Translations under genes and position numbers: made by a program
Origin: Neophaeotheca triangularis
Taxonomy: Eukaryota
Direction of reading: 5' to 3'
NCBI GenBank assembly: GCA_054600435.1
Contig: BAAIJX010000005.1
Coordinates: 62,001-126,000, forward strand
Length of the DNA: 64,000 bases
Notes under the pieces: generated by a model
Databases searched by the model: none
The model's input: only the letters and a program-made list of their open reading frames with translations
Told to the model about the DNA's origin: nothing
Shown here: piece after piece, positions 45,011 to 57,819 of the stretch
Layout: each line of letters begins with the position of its first letter
Position numbering within the stretch: position 1 is the stretch's first letter

Positions 45011-47343
45011 TTACTGAATAACCTCCTCGCTCTCCTCCAAAATCTCCTCGAAGATCTCCTCAACAACCTTACCACCCTCACCCTCAACATCCAGCGCCTT
45101 GCGCTCATCGCTGATAGTATCGAGACCCATGTCCTCGCGCTCCTCCTCGAGATCCCTAGTGCTGCGCTCGCGGTACGCAAGCCACTCGGCGAGCATCTGG
45201 CGGCGGGCCTCGATGACAGCCTTGTCGGCCGAGCTCTTCTTGGCCTGGTCCTGCTCCTCGAATTGACGGCTGAACTCGCGCAAGTTCTTGCGCACGTTCT
45301 TCATCTCGTCCTTGCTGAGGAGGCGTTCGGGGCGTGGGCGCCACGAGAGCTGCTTGAATTGCTCTGTCGGCTCGTCGCGGAGAAGCGCGCCGGAGAAGGA
45401 GTAGAGGTGGTAACCGTTTTCCATCTGTGGGTGGGAGGGTTAGCGTTTGAGTCGCTGTCTAGGCGGGTTTGACAGGTGGGGTTGCTTACTCTGTGTTTCC
45501 AGACACTGGCGCTGGTGGCGAGGAAGCGACCGCTGGGGTCCCACTCTATGTCCGTCACGCCGTAATGGTCGCCTGTCGACATGAGCTGAAGGTTGGCTGT
45601 GAGGTCCTTGTCCTTCTCGTCTTTCTCGCCCTCGAAGTCGAAATCGTAAAAGTCGAGGTCGAAGGACTGTTGGCTCAGGACTGTTGCCACGACCACAAAT
45701 CGGCCGTTTGGCGACCAGTGAATGGCGTTGTTGTTCTTCTTGTCGACGGTACGGATCAATCTAAAGTTGCCGGTTGCGTTGCCCTTTGCCTTTTCAGGGC
45801 AGTAGAAGTAAACGCATGTTTTCGGAGGAACTGCGGCACCAGTAGGGATCTCGCCAGCGGTGATGAGAACGAAGCGGTCGCCCTTTGGCTCCCATGCAAA
45901 GTTGATGACGGTGTCTTTGATGTTGTCCACGACCTCAACGGGCACACCCTTTTCTCTCACGCGGAAGATTTCGAGGTTCGTCGCGATACTCTTGCCCCTC
46001 TTGCTGTGACGGTCGACCTTGACACAAACAAAGTCGGAGTTGGATTGCCAGTGAAGCTTGGCGTCTGCAACGTTGAAGAGATTCCTCGTGCGCACAACCT
46101 CCTTGCTCGGTACGCTCATAAGGCCGACCTTTGCAGGGTTGCTGCCCATCTCAGGAGTCCAGTAACAGAAGAGCTGCTCGTAGGTCTTGACATTGTCTCT
46201 TTGAGGGTTTGCGGGGCACCACTCAAAGTCCATAATACCTTCGACCTTGACGCTTGCCTTGTCCATGAGGTTCATGCGGGGGAGCTCATAGACGGAAATG
46301 CTTTGGCCTGGGTTCATGCGCGCCACGTACTTGGAGTCCGCAGACCACTTGAACGCGGGCCATTGGATCTTCTTTTTAATGGGATTGCCTTCAGCGTCCA
46401 TGGTAGGCCCTGGCAGATCGAGCGTAACGAAAGAGCGGAGAGGCTTGCCGGTGTCGACGTCCCAGATGATGTAGTTCTTGCCATCCTCTTCAAGCGAAAG
46501 CACAGGGTTGCCCTCTTCAACGCTCAGGGGACGGTGCGACCAAGTAGTGACATACTTCTCGTTGGGTGAGAAATCCACAAGGTTGACGCCGGGGTGCATG
46601 AATCGTCGTTGTCTTGACCAGTTTTGGCCAGCCCAGAGTTGTACGCCTTGAGCGTGCATAGATGTGAGGTAGGTTCCCTTTGGCGACCATTGAACAAAAG
46701 TTTCGGTCCAGTGCATGCGGTCGACAACGGGCTCGGGTTGGTCTTCCTTTTCGTTCCAGAACACACCCACATTGTCGCCCCGGAACATGACAAACTGGTC
46801 GCGGCCCTCTGAGTCTCCCAACCACCACCTTAGATGCTCCTTCTCCTCGAATGGCGGAACCTCTGGCGCCTTGTACTCCTCCTCTATCCTTCCCTCTCTG
46901 CCGAAGCGTTCAATGTCCGTGAGCTTGTTCACAGCGATTGTGTGCCTCTTGTCGAGAGGGGTGAGGTGAAGCGCCTTCACTGCCGCCGCAGCCTGTGCTG
47001 GTGTCTCATATTCCACGAACGCGTAGCCTTCAGTCATCTTCGACTCGTCGTCCAGAGGCATGAAGACATTTTCCTCCTTGGTTTTGCCCACGGGGGTGAG
47101 CTTGCGCAGCAAAAACTTGACAAGCTTCGCCCTGCTGTCCTCGGGGACCTTTGGCAGGCCATCGATGACGATAAATGTGTCTAGACCCTCTTCCATGCGC
47201 ACTTCATACTGCTCCTTGAGATCTGCTGGTTGTCAGTATATTGAAACATGACCGCTCTTCGGCATGCCATGCCTACCGGAGAAGTCAACTTCTTCCTCAT
47301 CGTATTCCGTCTCCGGGTCGAGCTGCTCGAACGAGGGCGCCAT
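45011..47343 (-). CDS. PRT1: Translation initiation factor eIF3 subunit b (exons 47343-47277, 47222-45490, 45424-45011)
   Basis: RRM ([16 protein letters not shown]), beta-propeller ([18 protein letters not shown]) and MENGY..WRPRP; introns 47276-47223 and 45489-45425. Confidence 0.97.
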
Positions 47344-47722
47344 GGTTGCGGTGTTGCTTCTGGGCGGGTATTGTTTACAGAAGCTCGAAGGTGCGCAGTT
47401 ATTGAACCACAGGCGTGTAGTGTAGTGTAGTTGGAGGTCTTGGTGGGCTTTGAATAATTGTGCGCGGGAAATCCCGCCGAGATCACGTGCGCTCTCCCAC
47501 AGATCTACCTACCGGCGCGGGGCCAGCCACAGCCAGCGCGAGAGCAAGCTGCAGGTGCATAACATCTTCCCTTCTTCACAAAGACGCCAATCCATTGTCG
47601 TTTGCCTATCGATACTAAGCCTTCAACTTTCATCCACGACACTCTCTAATCCAGTCTCCATCAATCTAGCTACTTGTTGCTGGGACCCGCATCCTTCTTC
47701 CATCGCTGGAGTATCTGCGAAG

Positions 47723-48735
47723 ATGGCGTGTAAGTCGAGCCGAAGGACCCTCACATGTTATGTTACACTATGCGAATGCAGCAACAACACTAACACCTCT
47801 CACTTCAGTACCACCGGAGCAACGTGCTTCGTACAGCGCCATCATCGATGATATCCTCTCAAAAGCCGATCTGAATCTGATCTCCGCCAAACAGATCCGC
47901 AAAGGCCTCCAAGCGCAGGTCGATTACGACCTTACTCCGCAGAAGGATGAGATTCGGGACCTTATCATGGAGCGCTTCGACAAGGTCCAGACCAAGAACG
48001 AGTACGAAGAGAATGCCCCTGAGCCCGCCCCAACCGCCAATGGCGCAAAGGCGCGAAGGGGAAGCGCCTCAAAGTCAGAGTCGCGTCACACGTCCCCACC
48101 CACCACCAAGCGCAAGGCCGATGAGTCCGATGAGCTCAGTGATGTTGTGGACTCTCCACCACCAAAGAAAATCAAGAAGAAGACAATTAAGCCTGAAGCA
48201 GAGAGCGACGAGGCATATGCCGCAAGACTCCAGGCCGAGCTGAATAGTGTTCAGGGTCGGTTGACTCGCGGGGGAGGGCCGAAGAGGAAACCACCGGTGA
48301 AGAAGGAGAAGAAGACCAAAAAGAAGAGCTCAGCGAAGGTGCGCGCAGAAGATGATAGCGAGTTGTCTGGGACTGGGTCGCCCGAACCGGCAAAGAAGAC
48401 GGGTGGTTTCAATGTCAGTAGCTCCACGATACGCGACCGCGTCCAATCCACCAAAACACTTACTGACATTATATCCTCAGAAACCAATGCTGCTATCGGA
48501 GCCTCTCGCAACATTGCTCGGTGAACCTTCGTTGTCGCGACCGCAAACCGTCAAGCGCATATGGGCGCACATCAAAGAACACGACCTGCAAGACCCGAAC
48601 GACAAGCGGCAGATCCTCTGCGACGAAGCCATGAAGACGGTGTTCAAGCAGAACAAGGTGCACATGTTCACCATGAACAAGCTGCTGGCTGCGCATTACT
48701 CTCCCATGCCAGAAGAGCCGGCGCTGGAGGAGTAG
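47723..48735 (+). CDS. DEK-C plus SWIB/MDM2 domain protein, Tri1/Uaf30/Spp27 family (exons 47723-47729, 47809-48413, 48481-48735)
   Basis: IIDDILSKADL..ISAKQIRKGL (DEK-C); GGFN/KPMLLSEPL..LSRPQTVKRIWAHIKEHDLQDP..HMFTMNKLL (SWIB); two canonical introns. Confidence 0.92.
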
Positions 48736-49552
48736 CAGCTTTCGCGCGCAGGAGCTCAGAAGACGGCGGGCGATATCTTGGGATGCATTGGCCAGGCTGG
48801 CAAGAAGCAGTGGTATGCTGCGTCGTTCTGATTGCTATGCGTTCGCGAAGGGGGTGCGATTTGTGTGGATACACTCTTGGTTTCAAAATCGTGCTGTTTT
48901 TGTAGCGAGGGCGCAAATGAGGCTGTACTATTAGGTACAGCGACGATATCAATGACAGTCAATCCGAACAATGCGAATCGACCAGTGCCTTTGCTTATAG
49001 CCTTTGATAGTTTTGCTTTGGCCATGGCGGTATAGAGACTTCGTTTCTTGGGTTTGACGGAATGAAGCACGAACTAAGGGCGATTGACAGTTTGCTTTTA
49101 CAAGGAGTCAAGTCGCGTGGCCTACCCTGGATAGCTCGAAGACGTGCTATGTATATGTATCGTGAACCATCAATCACTGCCAATACTAACTACCTAGGTT
49201 GACCACGATAGAATAAAATAATAATACAATAGCTCGAGGGCGGTCGGATAGAGTTGAGGTCGAGCGAGCCAATAGAAGAGGCCATGGACGGATTTCTAGT
49301 CTTGTGTTGGCCGCGGTCTGGAGTTAATGGGGTGGTGCTAACCGTCGATCCCACCTTTACTCGAGCTGCACGATGACATCGACAAAGAAGAAGGTGACGC
49401 CACACCTCTCAGCTGTGAGGACAGACGGCACAGAGAGGTCCACCGTTCGAGTTCAACCAGCGGAAGCGCAACTGGGGAGGTAGAAGTCTAACCACCACAG
49501 AGGCCTCTCTGATTCTCTCCCTCGCAGCCTTCCCGGCTCTACTCTTCCAGGC

Positions 49553-49606
49553 CTCTCTCTCTCTCTCTTCCCCCCTCTCTCTCTCCCTCATCCTCTCTCT
49601 CTCTCA
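49553..49606 (+). repeat. Imperfect (CT)n microsatellite / pyrimidine tract
   Basis: Direct reading; lies upstream of the Eis1-like gene. Confidence 0.85.
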
Positions 49607-49788
49607 TTATCGTTGATGGCGTATTGACCTGACTTTGACAACAATCACCAACTTGGTATTGTGCGCAATATATCTCAATCGTGTTTCATCTTCTGCGCAG
49701 CGCTGATCCCGCCCACCGACCCTAATCAACCCCACGCTCAGGCCAGGCCAGGAGCTCCGTGCAAACAACGACCTTTTAATCAGGGACA

Positions 49789-52700
49789 ATGACCGCCGCG
49801 ACAGGGACCTCCAGCTCCAAGAGCGACGACGCATGCCCGGACCCGTCGGCTCACGACAGACAAAACAAGCTGTCTGCGCAGGCCTCCACTGCCGCCCTCT
49901 ATGTCACCAATCCGGCTGGCAAGAAAAGCAGCTCGAAATCGACAGCAATCAGAGACGACGTGCTTACACCGGAGGGCAAGCTCTCGTCTAGCAGCGCAGC
50001 CGCGTCGCTCAAGTATGCCAACCCAAAGGATCTCCCCAGCTATCCCAGTAGTGGCCTCGACGCTTCCAACACAGCAGCCAGCAAGGCGGCACTGCAAGCC
50101 AAAGACTACAAGATGAAGGAACTCTGGCAGCCTGAGCAGAGCGCTGCTGGCTCGAAGGCGGCGCTGAACGCCCACAAGACTGGCAAATTAGATCTTTGGA
50201 TGCCCTCGGCTTCTTCTGAGGGAAACTCTGCCGCAACCATGGCGTTGGGCAACAAGGGTCTGAGCCCGCAGCTCGACCGCGGATACACCAAAGACGGCAA
50301 GAGCAAAGCCCTACTCGCGGCGACTCAGTCAATGAACAAAGGGAGGAATAGGGCCGGCTCAACGCCCGCCCCTGCGCCGCCTGCTTACCCAGACTCCAAT
50401 AACGCCGTCAAGAATGCTCTGAACGCCGCGACTGTATCGCATCGCGCCAAGTCCAGCGTCGATAGTAATAGCAAAGACTCACCAGCTATGCAGGCGGCGA
50501 GAATCCAGAACATCGGCCCCAATGTCAACCCAGAAATGTGGGGCGAGCACCCTCCTGTTCAGATTGAGGAAGATGAGAGGAAGAGGCAAGCTGCGTTACG
50601 CGCCTCTGCGGTTTCTTTTGCGAAGCAAATGTACGACTACCAGAACCGTAAGGAACAGACGCCAGACGCTCTTGGTACCGAAGGCGCTCTCAGGGCGCAT
50701 GCTCGCCAGCCATCCTCTAGCAGCACGCCAGACCTGAAGGCCGAAGCCATGAAGTACATTCATCTGCAAGAGGCCGCGAATAAGCTGGCTCAGGAACGCC
50801 TTGCCAATGCGGACAAGAAGCACGAGGCTGAGCGCTACCGTCAGTACTACGGTTACGACACTCAACCACAGCGCTCTCGACTTTCAATGAGATCGATGCG
50901 CGGTAAGAAGGGCGGCCGTGCAGCAAACGCTGAAGAGGGTGATTCCGATGACGAGGAAACCGCTCGTCGCATTCGCTCTCAAATGTCAGCACTTAACACT
51001 GGCGTTGGCGAAGTTGACAAGAAGAAGCAGGCTACCGATCGTCAAGCCGTCTTGGCTGCCGCAGAGAAGCTCGTCCAGTCCCGCATGCATACTATGGACG
51101 AGAAGGTCTTCAATGAGACTGGCAAGGTCAGTCCTGCCATGATGGAAGAGTGGGAAGCAAAGGCTCGCGCGCGCGCTCAAGAGGAGAGTGACAGCAGGCA
51201 GAAGAACTTTGGCAAGACTGCTATCGGTGGTGGCAGGTTCATGGATAAGAGCGAGATAGAAGCGATTGCTATGCAGAGGTTGCAACCGACGCTGGATGAG
51301 ATTAACGATACTGCTGAGAAGAGGAGAGCTAAGGATGAAGAGATCCGTCTTGAGAAGGAGGAAGTGGAGCGCCAGAGGCAGAAGCTCAAGGAGAAAGTTG
51401 CCGAAGAGAAGGCCGAGCAGAAAAAGATGAGAGGTGAGTGCGATTTTTCCCTGATGTGCCTTTTACAAACAGTACTAACAAACGTTACAGAGGAGCAAAG
51501 GGCTCAGGACCGCGTCGAGAAGGAGACGGAAAAGGCCATGCAGCGTATGAAGAAGGAGGAGCAACGCCAAATGAGGGAAATGAGGCAGCAAGAGGCTAAC
51601 GCGGCCGCGGGCGGTGGTACTGCCGTTGCTGCTGCCAGTGCCCCAGCTGCCACCTCCTCTGACAAAGACGAGAGCGCCGATTCAGTCCGCCAGTCCACCG
51701 AGACCCAGGACGAAACCCAAGACGAGACACCTCGTGAATCGACTGCTACGATGCGCACGAGCAGTGGCGATCACACTGATCCTCATTCCCCAGCGTTGCC
51801 CAACAAGAAGCCGGACCTTGAGCGCCACATTACCAACATCGAAAGCAGTGATTCGGACGATGAGGAAGAATGGGAACGAGCCGACTCTGAGCGTATGAAG
51901 TCAGTGGGATCTCTCGAACAGGCGGTTGAGAGGAGGGAGGCTGAAGAGCAGAAAGCCATGGACGAGGAGAAGGAACAAAAGAAGTCTGAAGAGACAGCAA
52001 AAGACAACGATGATAGCTTCGCCCAGGATGTCGCCAACAGGGTCGTAAGTTGAACACTCCCACCACTCTTGCAGGACAGGAAACGGCTAACACTGCTCCT
52101 CGCCAACAGACAGCAGAACCCGTCGCAGCAACCGCAGCCCGCACGGACGGGCCCTCCAAAACCATCACAACTGAAGACACCCCTGCCAATAAACCCAGCA
52201 AACGCAGCCGCGTGAGCGGCTTCTTCGGCCGATTCAAATCCCGCCGCTCCACTACCGGCCAGCAAAACCCAACCAACGCAGCAACAGGCAAAGACAAAGC
52301 CACCGACTCGCGACCCCCAGCCTTCACAGGGGGCTCCAAACTCACAGGCGCCAAGAGCAAAGAAGATGCCAGCCTAACCGCCTCCAGCGCCCGCGCCCCC
52401 TCAGACCCAACCACAAACGACACCGCAACCCCGCGCGCCGGCCGCTCCACTTCCCCGCCCATCTCCGCCCTCGAGAGCGAGCCCGGCCGCGCCTCCCCCT
52501 CCTCCTTCCGCCGCGGCGCTTCCCCAGCCGACATCTCTTCCCTCTCCTCTTCGGGTCTAGAAGAAGAAGACCTTGACCGCGGCCGCAAGGGGCGCGTAGC
52601 CCGTAAATTCGGACTCGGGAAGGGTGACAAACCCAAGAAAGTGGATGTCAAGGACGGCGGGAGGAGGGTCGAGGCTAGTGACAGTGAGAGTGAGGATGAT

Positions 52701-52826
52701 GAGGGCGCTTTCGAGGAGGCGAGGGATACTTTTGACGAGAGCAGTGCTCCTAGTCCGGCTTTTGCGGGGCAGAGTAAGAGGAGCGCGAGTCCGGAGAGGA
52801 CTACTAAGTTTACTGAGGAGCTTTGA
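49789..52826 (+). CDS. Eisosome assembly protein 1 (Eis1)-like protein (exons 49789-51433, 51491-52044, 52110-52826)
   Basis: GKTAIGGGRFMDKSEIEAIAMQRLQPTLDEIN resembles the Eisosome1 domain; ends TKFTEEL*. Introns 51434-51490 and 52045-52109 join the two ORFs in frame. Confidence 0.82.
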
Positions 52827-53700
52827 GATTGACTTGAGTTGAGGTTGAGATTCGGGGGTGCGAGGATGGGGTCAGCGTTATGGAGGTTTGTTGTTTGGAT
52901 GGAGGAGAGGTGGATAATGGTGATATGGTACGGGAAGGATTGAGGGCGGCTTGTTCTTGGGTTACGTAGTTTGTTGTTGTTGTTGTAGTTCTGTTCACGC
53001 TCTGCTTGTTCCTTGAATGCCGTCTCAATCCGTCGACCTAGCTGGCAGGGACCGGTCAAGTTCCACTCAACGGTTTCGGTACTTTTGGTCGGTTGGCTTT
53101 CCTGGGTTGGTCTTGCTTTCTGCTTTGCTGGTCAAGGTTCGAGTGCTACGAGTTGGTAACGGGTTTGCCGCTCTTTCGCATGAGGAGTAATCCATTCATT
53201 TATCGAGTGCAATATTGTCTGTCTTCTCCTCCACCGTTTCTAGCCTAGTATGGCTGGCATTGAGCTACGTAGGGTATAACTATTTACGTGAGGCGAAATT
53301 CTTACCAGTCTGAGAATTCCGGTGCATGATGTTGGATAGAGCAAGTCGTAAGTCGACAATAGGAGGAATATACTAGGGATGAAGTCGCCACAGTTTCTGT
53401 CCTTCCCTCGCGGCGGTCGGAGGTAATCTATTGAACGGAAGCTCTACTAGGCAAACTGTTGGTGGCCTCGACAGCCTCGCTTTCTTTGAACAATTTCCCT
53501 TTTCCGATTATGCATCATGCTTTGCTCCCTTGGTAATGATAGAGTATACCTTCGCCTCCCTTCCGCATGCAAAAGTAGCAGTAGCAACGACTCCGCCAAC
53601 GCCGACGCTTCACAGAGATAAATAAGCAAACACACGCATTCAAGGCGTCCTTTCATCCCGCCTTCGCTCCATAACACAGCGCGAAAACAAGTTCACCCAA

Positions 53701-54641
53701 TCACGCATACTCCTCATTCTCATCACCAATCCTAGGCGGACTGCGACTCTTACTCCCAGCCTTCCCCTTGACCACACCAGGACTATGACTCCGACTGCGC
53801 CTCCTCTCGCCCTCCTTCCTCCTCGCTTCAATAATTCTCAACATCTCCCTCCTTCCCCCAGTAGCATCGACCTCCTTCCCACTCATGCTCATGCTGATCT
53901 TATCCGAGCTCTGCGCGCGCAACAGCTTATTAATCAACAAATGCTGCATCAGCAGACACACGAAGACACCGCAGTCGCTGCTGTTCTCCTGCTGCGGGCA
54001 ATCCTTCAAATTGCAGAAATCGAACGGTTTCCCCAACAACTGCGACAGCCGGTGAGCGACGATTTTGGCCTCGTTGTAGTTTGCCGGGCTGAGCGAATCG
54101 TAATGAAATGCCACGCCATCAATCACAGACACCAGTAGCAGCGACCAATGGGAGCCGCCCTCGGCCTTGTCGACATCGCGGCAGTCGTTTACGGGAAGGA
54201 AGATGTGCGTGGTTTTGGCAAAGTCCGGGAGCGCGGATTTGAGGCTCAGCGGGTCGCGCGTGTTCATGAGCAGGAAGCACATGGACGGCCGTAGGAGCAC
54301 AATGTGCGCTTTCGGGTACCCGGCCAGTTTCTCGTGCTCGAGGTATTCTTCCCAGAAGGCGATGGCGTTGTCGGTTAGCCAGTCGTCTTTGATGGTCGAG
54401 ACGTCTTCGCGGGTGAGGCGCACGTCGTGGTAGGAGAGGTAGGCATCTTCGGGCGAGAGCTGGGGGGGTGGGTGTTAGTTGGGGTGCTCTTTCTTTGTGT
54501 GAGGGACGGCTTTTTGCGTACGGTTTCGCCAAAGTGCTTGCTCACGCGGCCACCAAAGGGGTGGAAGCCCGAGCCCGACTTGCGGTGAGGTGAGCGGCCT
54601 GAAGGGGAGTCGCCGTGGGAGGAATTCTTGTGGAGAGGCAT
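53701..54641 (-). CDS. DEN1: NEDD8-specific Ulp1/C48 protease, DEN1/SENP8/Nep1 type (exons 54641-54522, 54459-53701)
   Basis: YLSYHDVRL, WLTDNAIAFWEE, GGSHWSLL, HYDS and QQENSSDCG (His-Asp-Cys triad); intron GTACGC..CTAAC..CAG 54521-54460. Confidence 0.9.
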
Positions 54642-55508
54642 GTTGCCTGGAGTGGGTGGACTGGAGGGGAGGGGGGCTGTAGGGATCAGGGTTCGTAGGG
54701 CGGTGTTTCGGGTCGGAGGATATTGACTGGATTGGTGTTACTCAGTGCTGTCGCGCAATAGGAAGAACTGTAGGCGGTGGAAGGTGAAGTTGGTAATGGT
54801 TGTCTTCGCCTCGGCCTTCTTTGTGTTTCAAGATCAAGAGCCCTCTGGAAACGCGTAGTCGTACCGCTTTTCTGGGCGACGCTTACTCCCGTTGGCGAGT
54901 GACGTACAGTGAACCCTGCACAAATCCGGGAAGCTGGGCTTATGCAAGGTTATCTGCTCGTTATCTACTCTATCCATCTGATAGAGATATGATGGAATTT
55001 TGGAGATGAACAGGAGATTTGCATGTCAAGGCCACAGCGATGGTAAAAAGAAACCTTACGTTAGCTGTACTGTATTAACTGTAATTTATACGTATATCCC
55101 TTTAAGCACTTTGCCCCTGAAAAGACTGTTCTGTATTCTTTCGTACGACAGCCCATGCCGTGGGCCCAGTGGACGAAGAACGAAGGCTTTCAATGAAGCC
55201 ACCGCCCTTCTTTTGGCTGCCGACGAAAGACGCGGTCATGTCAAGGGGATCATTGGTGATTCTCCGGCAAGCTGTGGCTTGGGAGAATGGTCAGGCGATG
55301 TCCGATCTCCGGCAGCCTGTCCTTCGCGATAGTACTTCGACTGGTCGATTGCTTCGAGACACGCTGCCATAGACGCCGGAGATTCGGTTTTGGCATCTTT
55401 AGGAGTAAGCCCCCTGACACATAGACTCGCTCCCTCGAAAGTAGAGTCGAGGACAATAAACGCTCGATCTCCATCGTTTCTGGTGAACCGAATGTAATCA
55501 CCAGCCCT

Positions 55509-56588
55509 TCACTGAACCTTCTTCACCTCAAGCTTTCCCTCTGCGCTCCCGCCGACCGTTGCGATGTATTGCCCACTCTCGATCCGCTTCATCCACTTTG
55601 TGCTCTCGTACTGTGCCGTGAATATGGACATCCGTAGGACGGGCGCATTCGCATCGGCTACATCATCGTGATACCAAGTCCAGCGTCCAAAAGACCAATT
55701 GAGAACGTAGCGCGAACGTCCCGTACCTTTTCCATTGACGACGACCCCATCCGCTGACTTGGGCGAGTCGTTCGCGTACATGATGGCCTTGATCCGGTAA
55801 ACCTCATCCTTGGGCGCAGCCTTCAACAAGCCCTCCAACTTCCCCAAATCCACTCCAGCGCCATCATCCCCCGAGGTCAAAGTAACAGACAAACACTCCA
55901 TCTCCGCCCTATGCCCACCATGATCATGCTTGTGATCATGCCCATCACCGCCACTCATCCACGCCCTCGCCATCTTCTCGTCAAACCCGAAAAGCAGCTC
56001 CTTCGCCACCCAACCCTGATCGCTCTTCACCTGCGGCGTTTCCACATCCAGATCCCCCAACCGATCGAGGAAAACATCATAAGCCCTCTCGTCCAGCCCC
56101 TCCCACTTATTCACCACAATCAAATCCGTCTGCTGCGCCTGCAACTTCGCCGTAAAAGACGTGCTAGCGTACCCGCCCCAATTCTCCGCGTCCACAACGC
56201 TCACAACGCCATCGAGCTCATACCGCCCAGTCTCCTTGGCCAAGCGGTTGACTTCCAAAACCAATTTCAACGGTTCCGCACTCCCGGAAGTCTCGATGAT
56301 AATTCTGTCCGGGTAGCACTCGGTCTCCAGCGTAGCAAGGGCGTCGCCGATCTGTCCGACGTTGGTGCAACAGATGCAGTCGCCTAGTAATTCGCGCGAG
56401 CCTGTCATTTCGGCCGCCGCCGCGAGCTGCGTGTCGACGTTCAGGTCGCCGATTTCATTTTTTATTAGTGCGAGTTTGTAGCCAGGGTTTTGGGCGCGTA
56501 GTTGGGGGAGTAGGTTGAGTATTAGGGATGTTTTCCCTGAGCCGGCGAAGCCTGTTATTATTGTTATGGGAACTTTGGGAGTGGTCAT
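55509..56588 (-). CDS. COG0523/CobW-family P-loop GTPase metallochaperone
   Basis: GFAGSGKT, KNEIGD, CICC, IETSG, VNKWE, His-rich linker HDHKHDHGGH and VYRIKA. Confidence 0.92.
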   Translation of the reverse strand: MTTPKVPITIITGFAGSGKTSLILNLLPQLRAQNPGYKLALIKNEIGDLNVDTQLAAAAEMTGSRELLGDCICCTNVGQIGDALATLETECYPDRIIIETSGSAEPLKLVLEVNRLAKETGRYELDGVVSVVDAENWGGYASTSFTAKLQAQQTDLIVVNKWEGLDERAYDVFLDRLGDLDVETPQVKSDQGWVAKELLFGFDEKMARAWMSGGDGHDHKHDHGGHRAEMECLSVTLTSGDDGAGVDLGKLEGLLKAAPKDEVYRIKAIMYANDSPKSADGVVVNGKGTGRSRYVLNWSFGRWTWYHDDVADANAPVLRMSIFTAQYESTKWMKRIESGQYIATVGGSAEGKLEVKKVQ

Positions 56589-57371
56589 TTTCGGGGGTCT
56601 TTCTGGGAGGATGTTTGAGGAGGGTGTTCCGATACTGAAGGTGGTTTTGGATTGAGCATTGGGGAAGACGGCCGTTGTCGGTCGTATGGCGGGTAAAAGG
56701 CTGGACCCTTTCTTTGGTGGATAAGAGGTACTAGTAGATGTACTTCACCTCGCAGCTTGGAGCTCAACCACATACATATCGACCCAGCTGGCTTATTACA
56801 TGGTGGCGCTGCTACATGTACAGGGTGATTGACCATCTCAATAGTCGACGTCGTGACTTTCAAATGCGGGCTTACTTACTCTCTTCGTAACATGAGGCGC
56901 AGCGCTACGTCACTGTCACCTGCGTTGACGTCCAGCTCCAATTAGGCAGGGCAGGTTCGAGCAAACAAGTAAAGACATATAACCTCACTTAATCTCTGCC
57001 TGACTTCAACCTTACCTCTACTTCCACTTCTCGTCCACCACCACCAACACCCACACCAACCTTCTTCTACTTCCACAACCATCCACTTCTCTCTCATCCA
57101 AAGCCCTCAAACCAACCAACCCTACCCCCAATCAGCCAAAAGCCAAACCCTCTCGGCAAGTATGTCGCACTACTTCTTACTATACCTCATGGACAAGGCT
57201 AACCGTGAGCGCGACGAAGCTCCCGCCGCCCGCGCCGTCACTCCCAACAGCTCCTCTGCCCAATCCGCCGAAAACAACACTCCCACCGGCGCCACTGCCA
57301 GCAACCCTGACGTCTCGGCCGTCAACTACTCCAACAACAGCGCCTACGACTCGGCCAACGGCATCCGCATC

Positions 57372-57819
57372 ATGAACTTCGTCAACAAGATGACCGGCGG
57401 CACAGACACCAGCAACGACTCCAACGAACCCGGCAAGAACGCCCCGGAGCCGAAATCCCCCAGCAACGACAACGGCAGCTTCCTCGGCGGCATCGGCGAC
57501 AAACTCAACAGCGCAGCCGGTGGCGGCAAGGCCTCGGAGAAGAACGAAGACTATCTCGACAAAGGCAAGTCCCCCACCCTTTCTTTCCCGGTAACTTCGG
57601 CCCCTTGTTGTTAGAAGAGCTTGTAGCTAACCCTTTTCTACACCTTCGCAGGCATCGACTTCGTGCAGGACAAGGTCCTGGGCCAGGGTCCTCAGGACAA
57701 CGAGTCTGCTCTCGAGCAGGCCAAGGACGAGCAGATCTGACTACATTCGTGGCCAGTACAAGGGGTACGCTGGTAGCGAGATGCCGATCGAGGACAAGAA
57801 GACTGCGCTTGATAAGTAA
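57372..57819 (+). CDS. Small conserved hydrophilic fungal protein with a GC-AG intron (57565-57651) and a frame break at 57738
   Basis: MNFVNKM..DKLNSAAGGGKASEKNEDYLDK/GIDFVQDKVLGQGPQDNESALEQAKDEQI, then TGA; DYIRGQYKGYAGSEMPIEDK continues in the shifted frame to TAA 57819. Confidence 0.78.

Noticed and set aside
45469..46569. 366-aa antisense ORF over PRT1 (likewise 39174-40154, 41039-41797, 51830-53059, 25511-26302)
   Set aside because: Shadow ORFs produced by GC-rich codon bias or low-complexity sequence on the opposite strand; no recognisable motifs.
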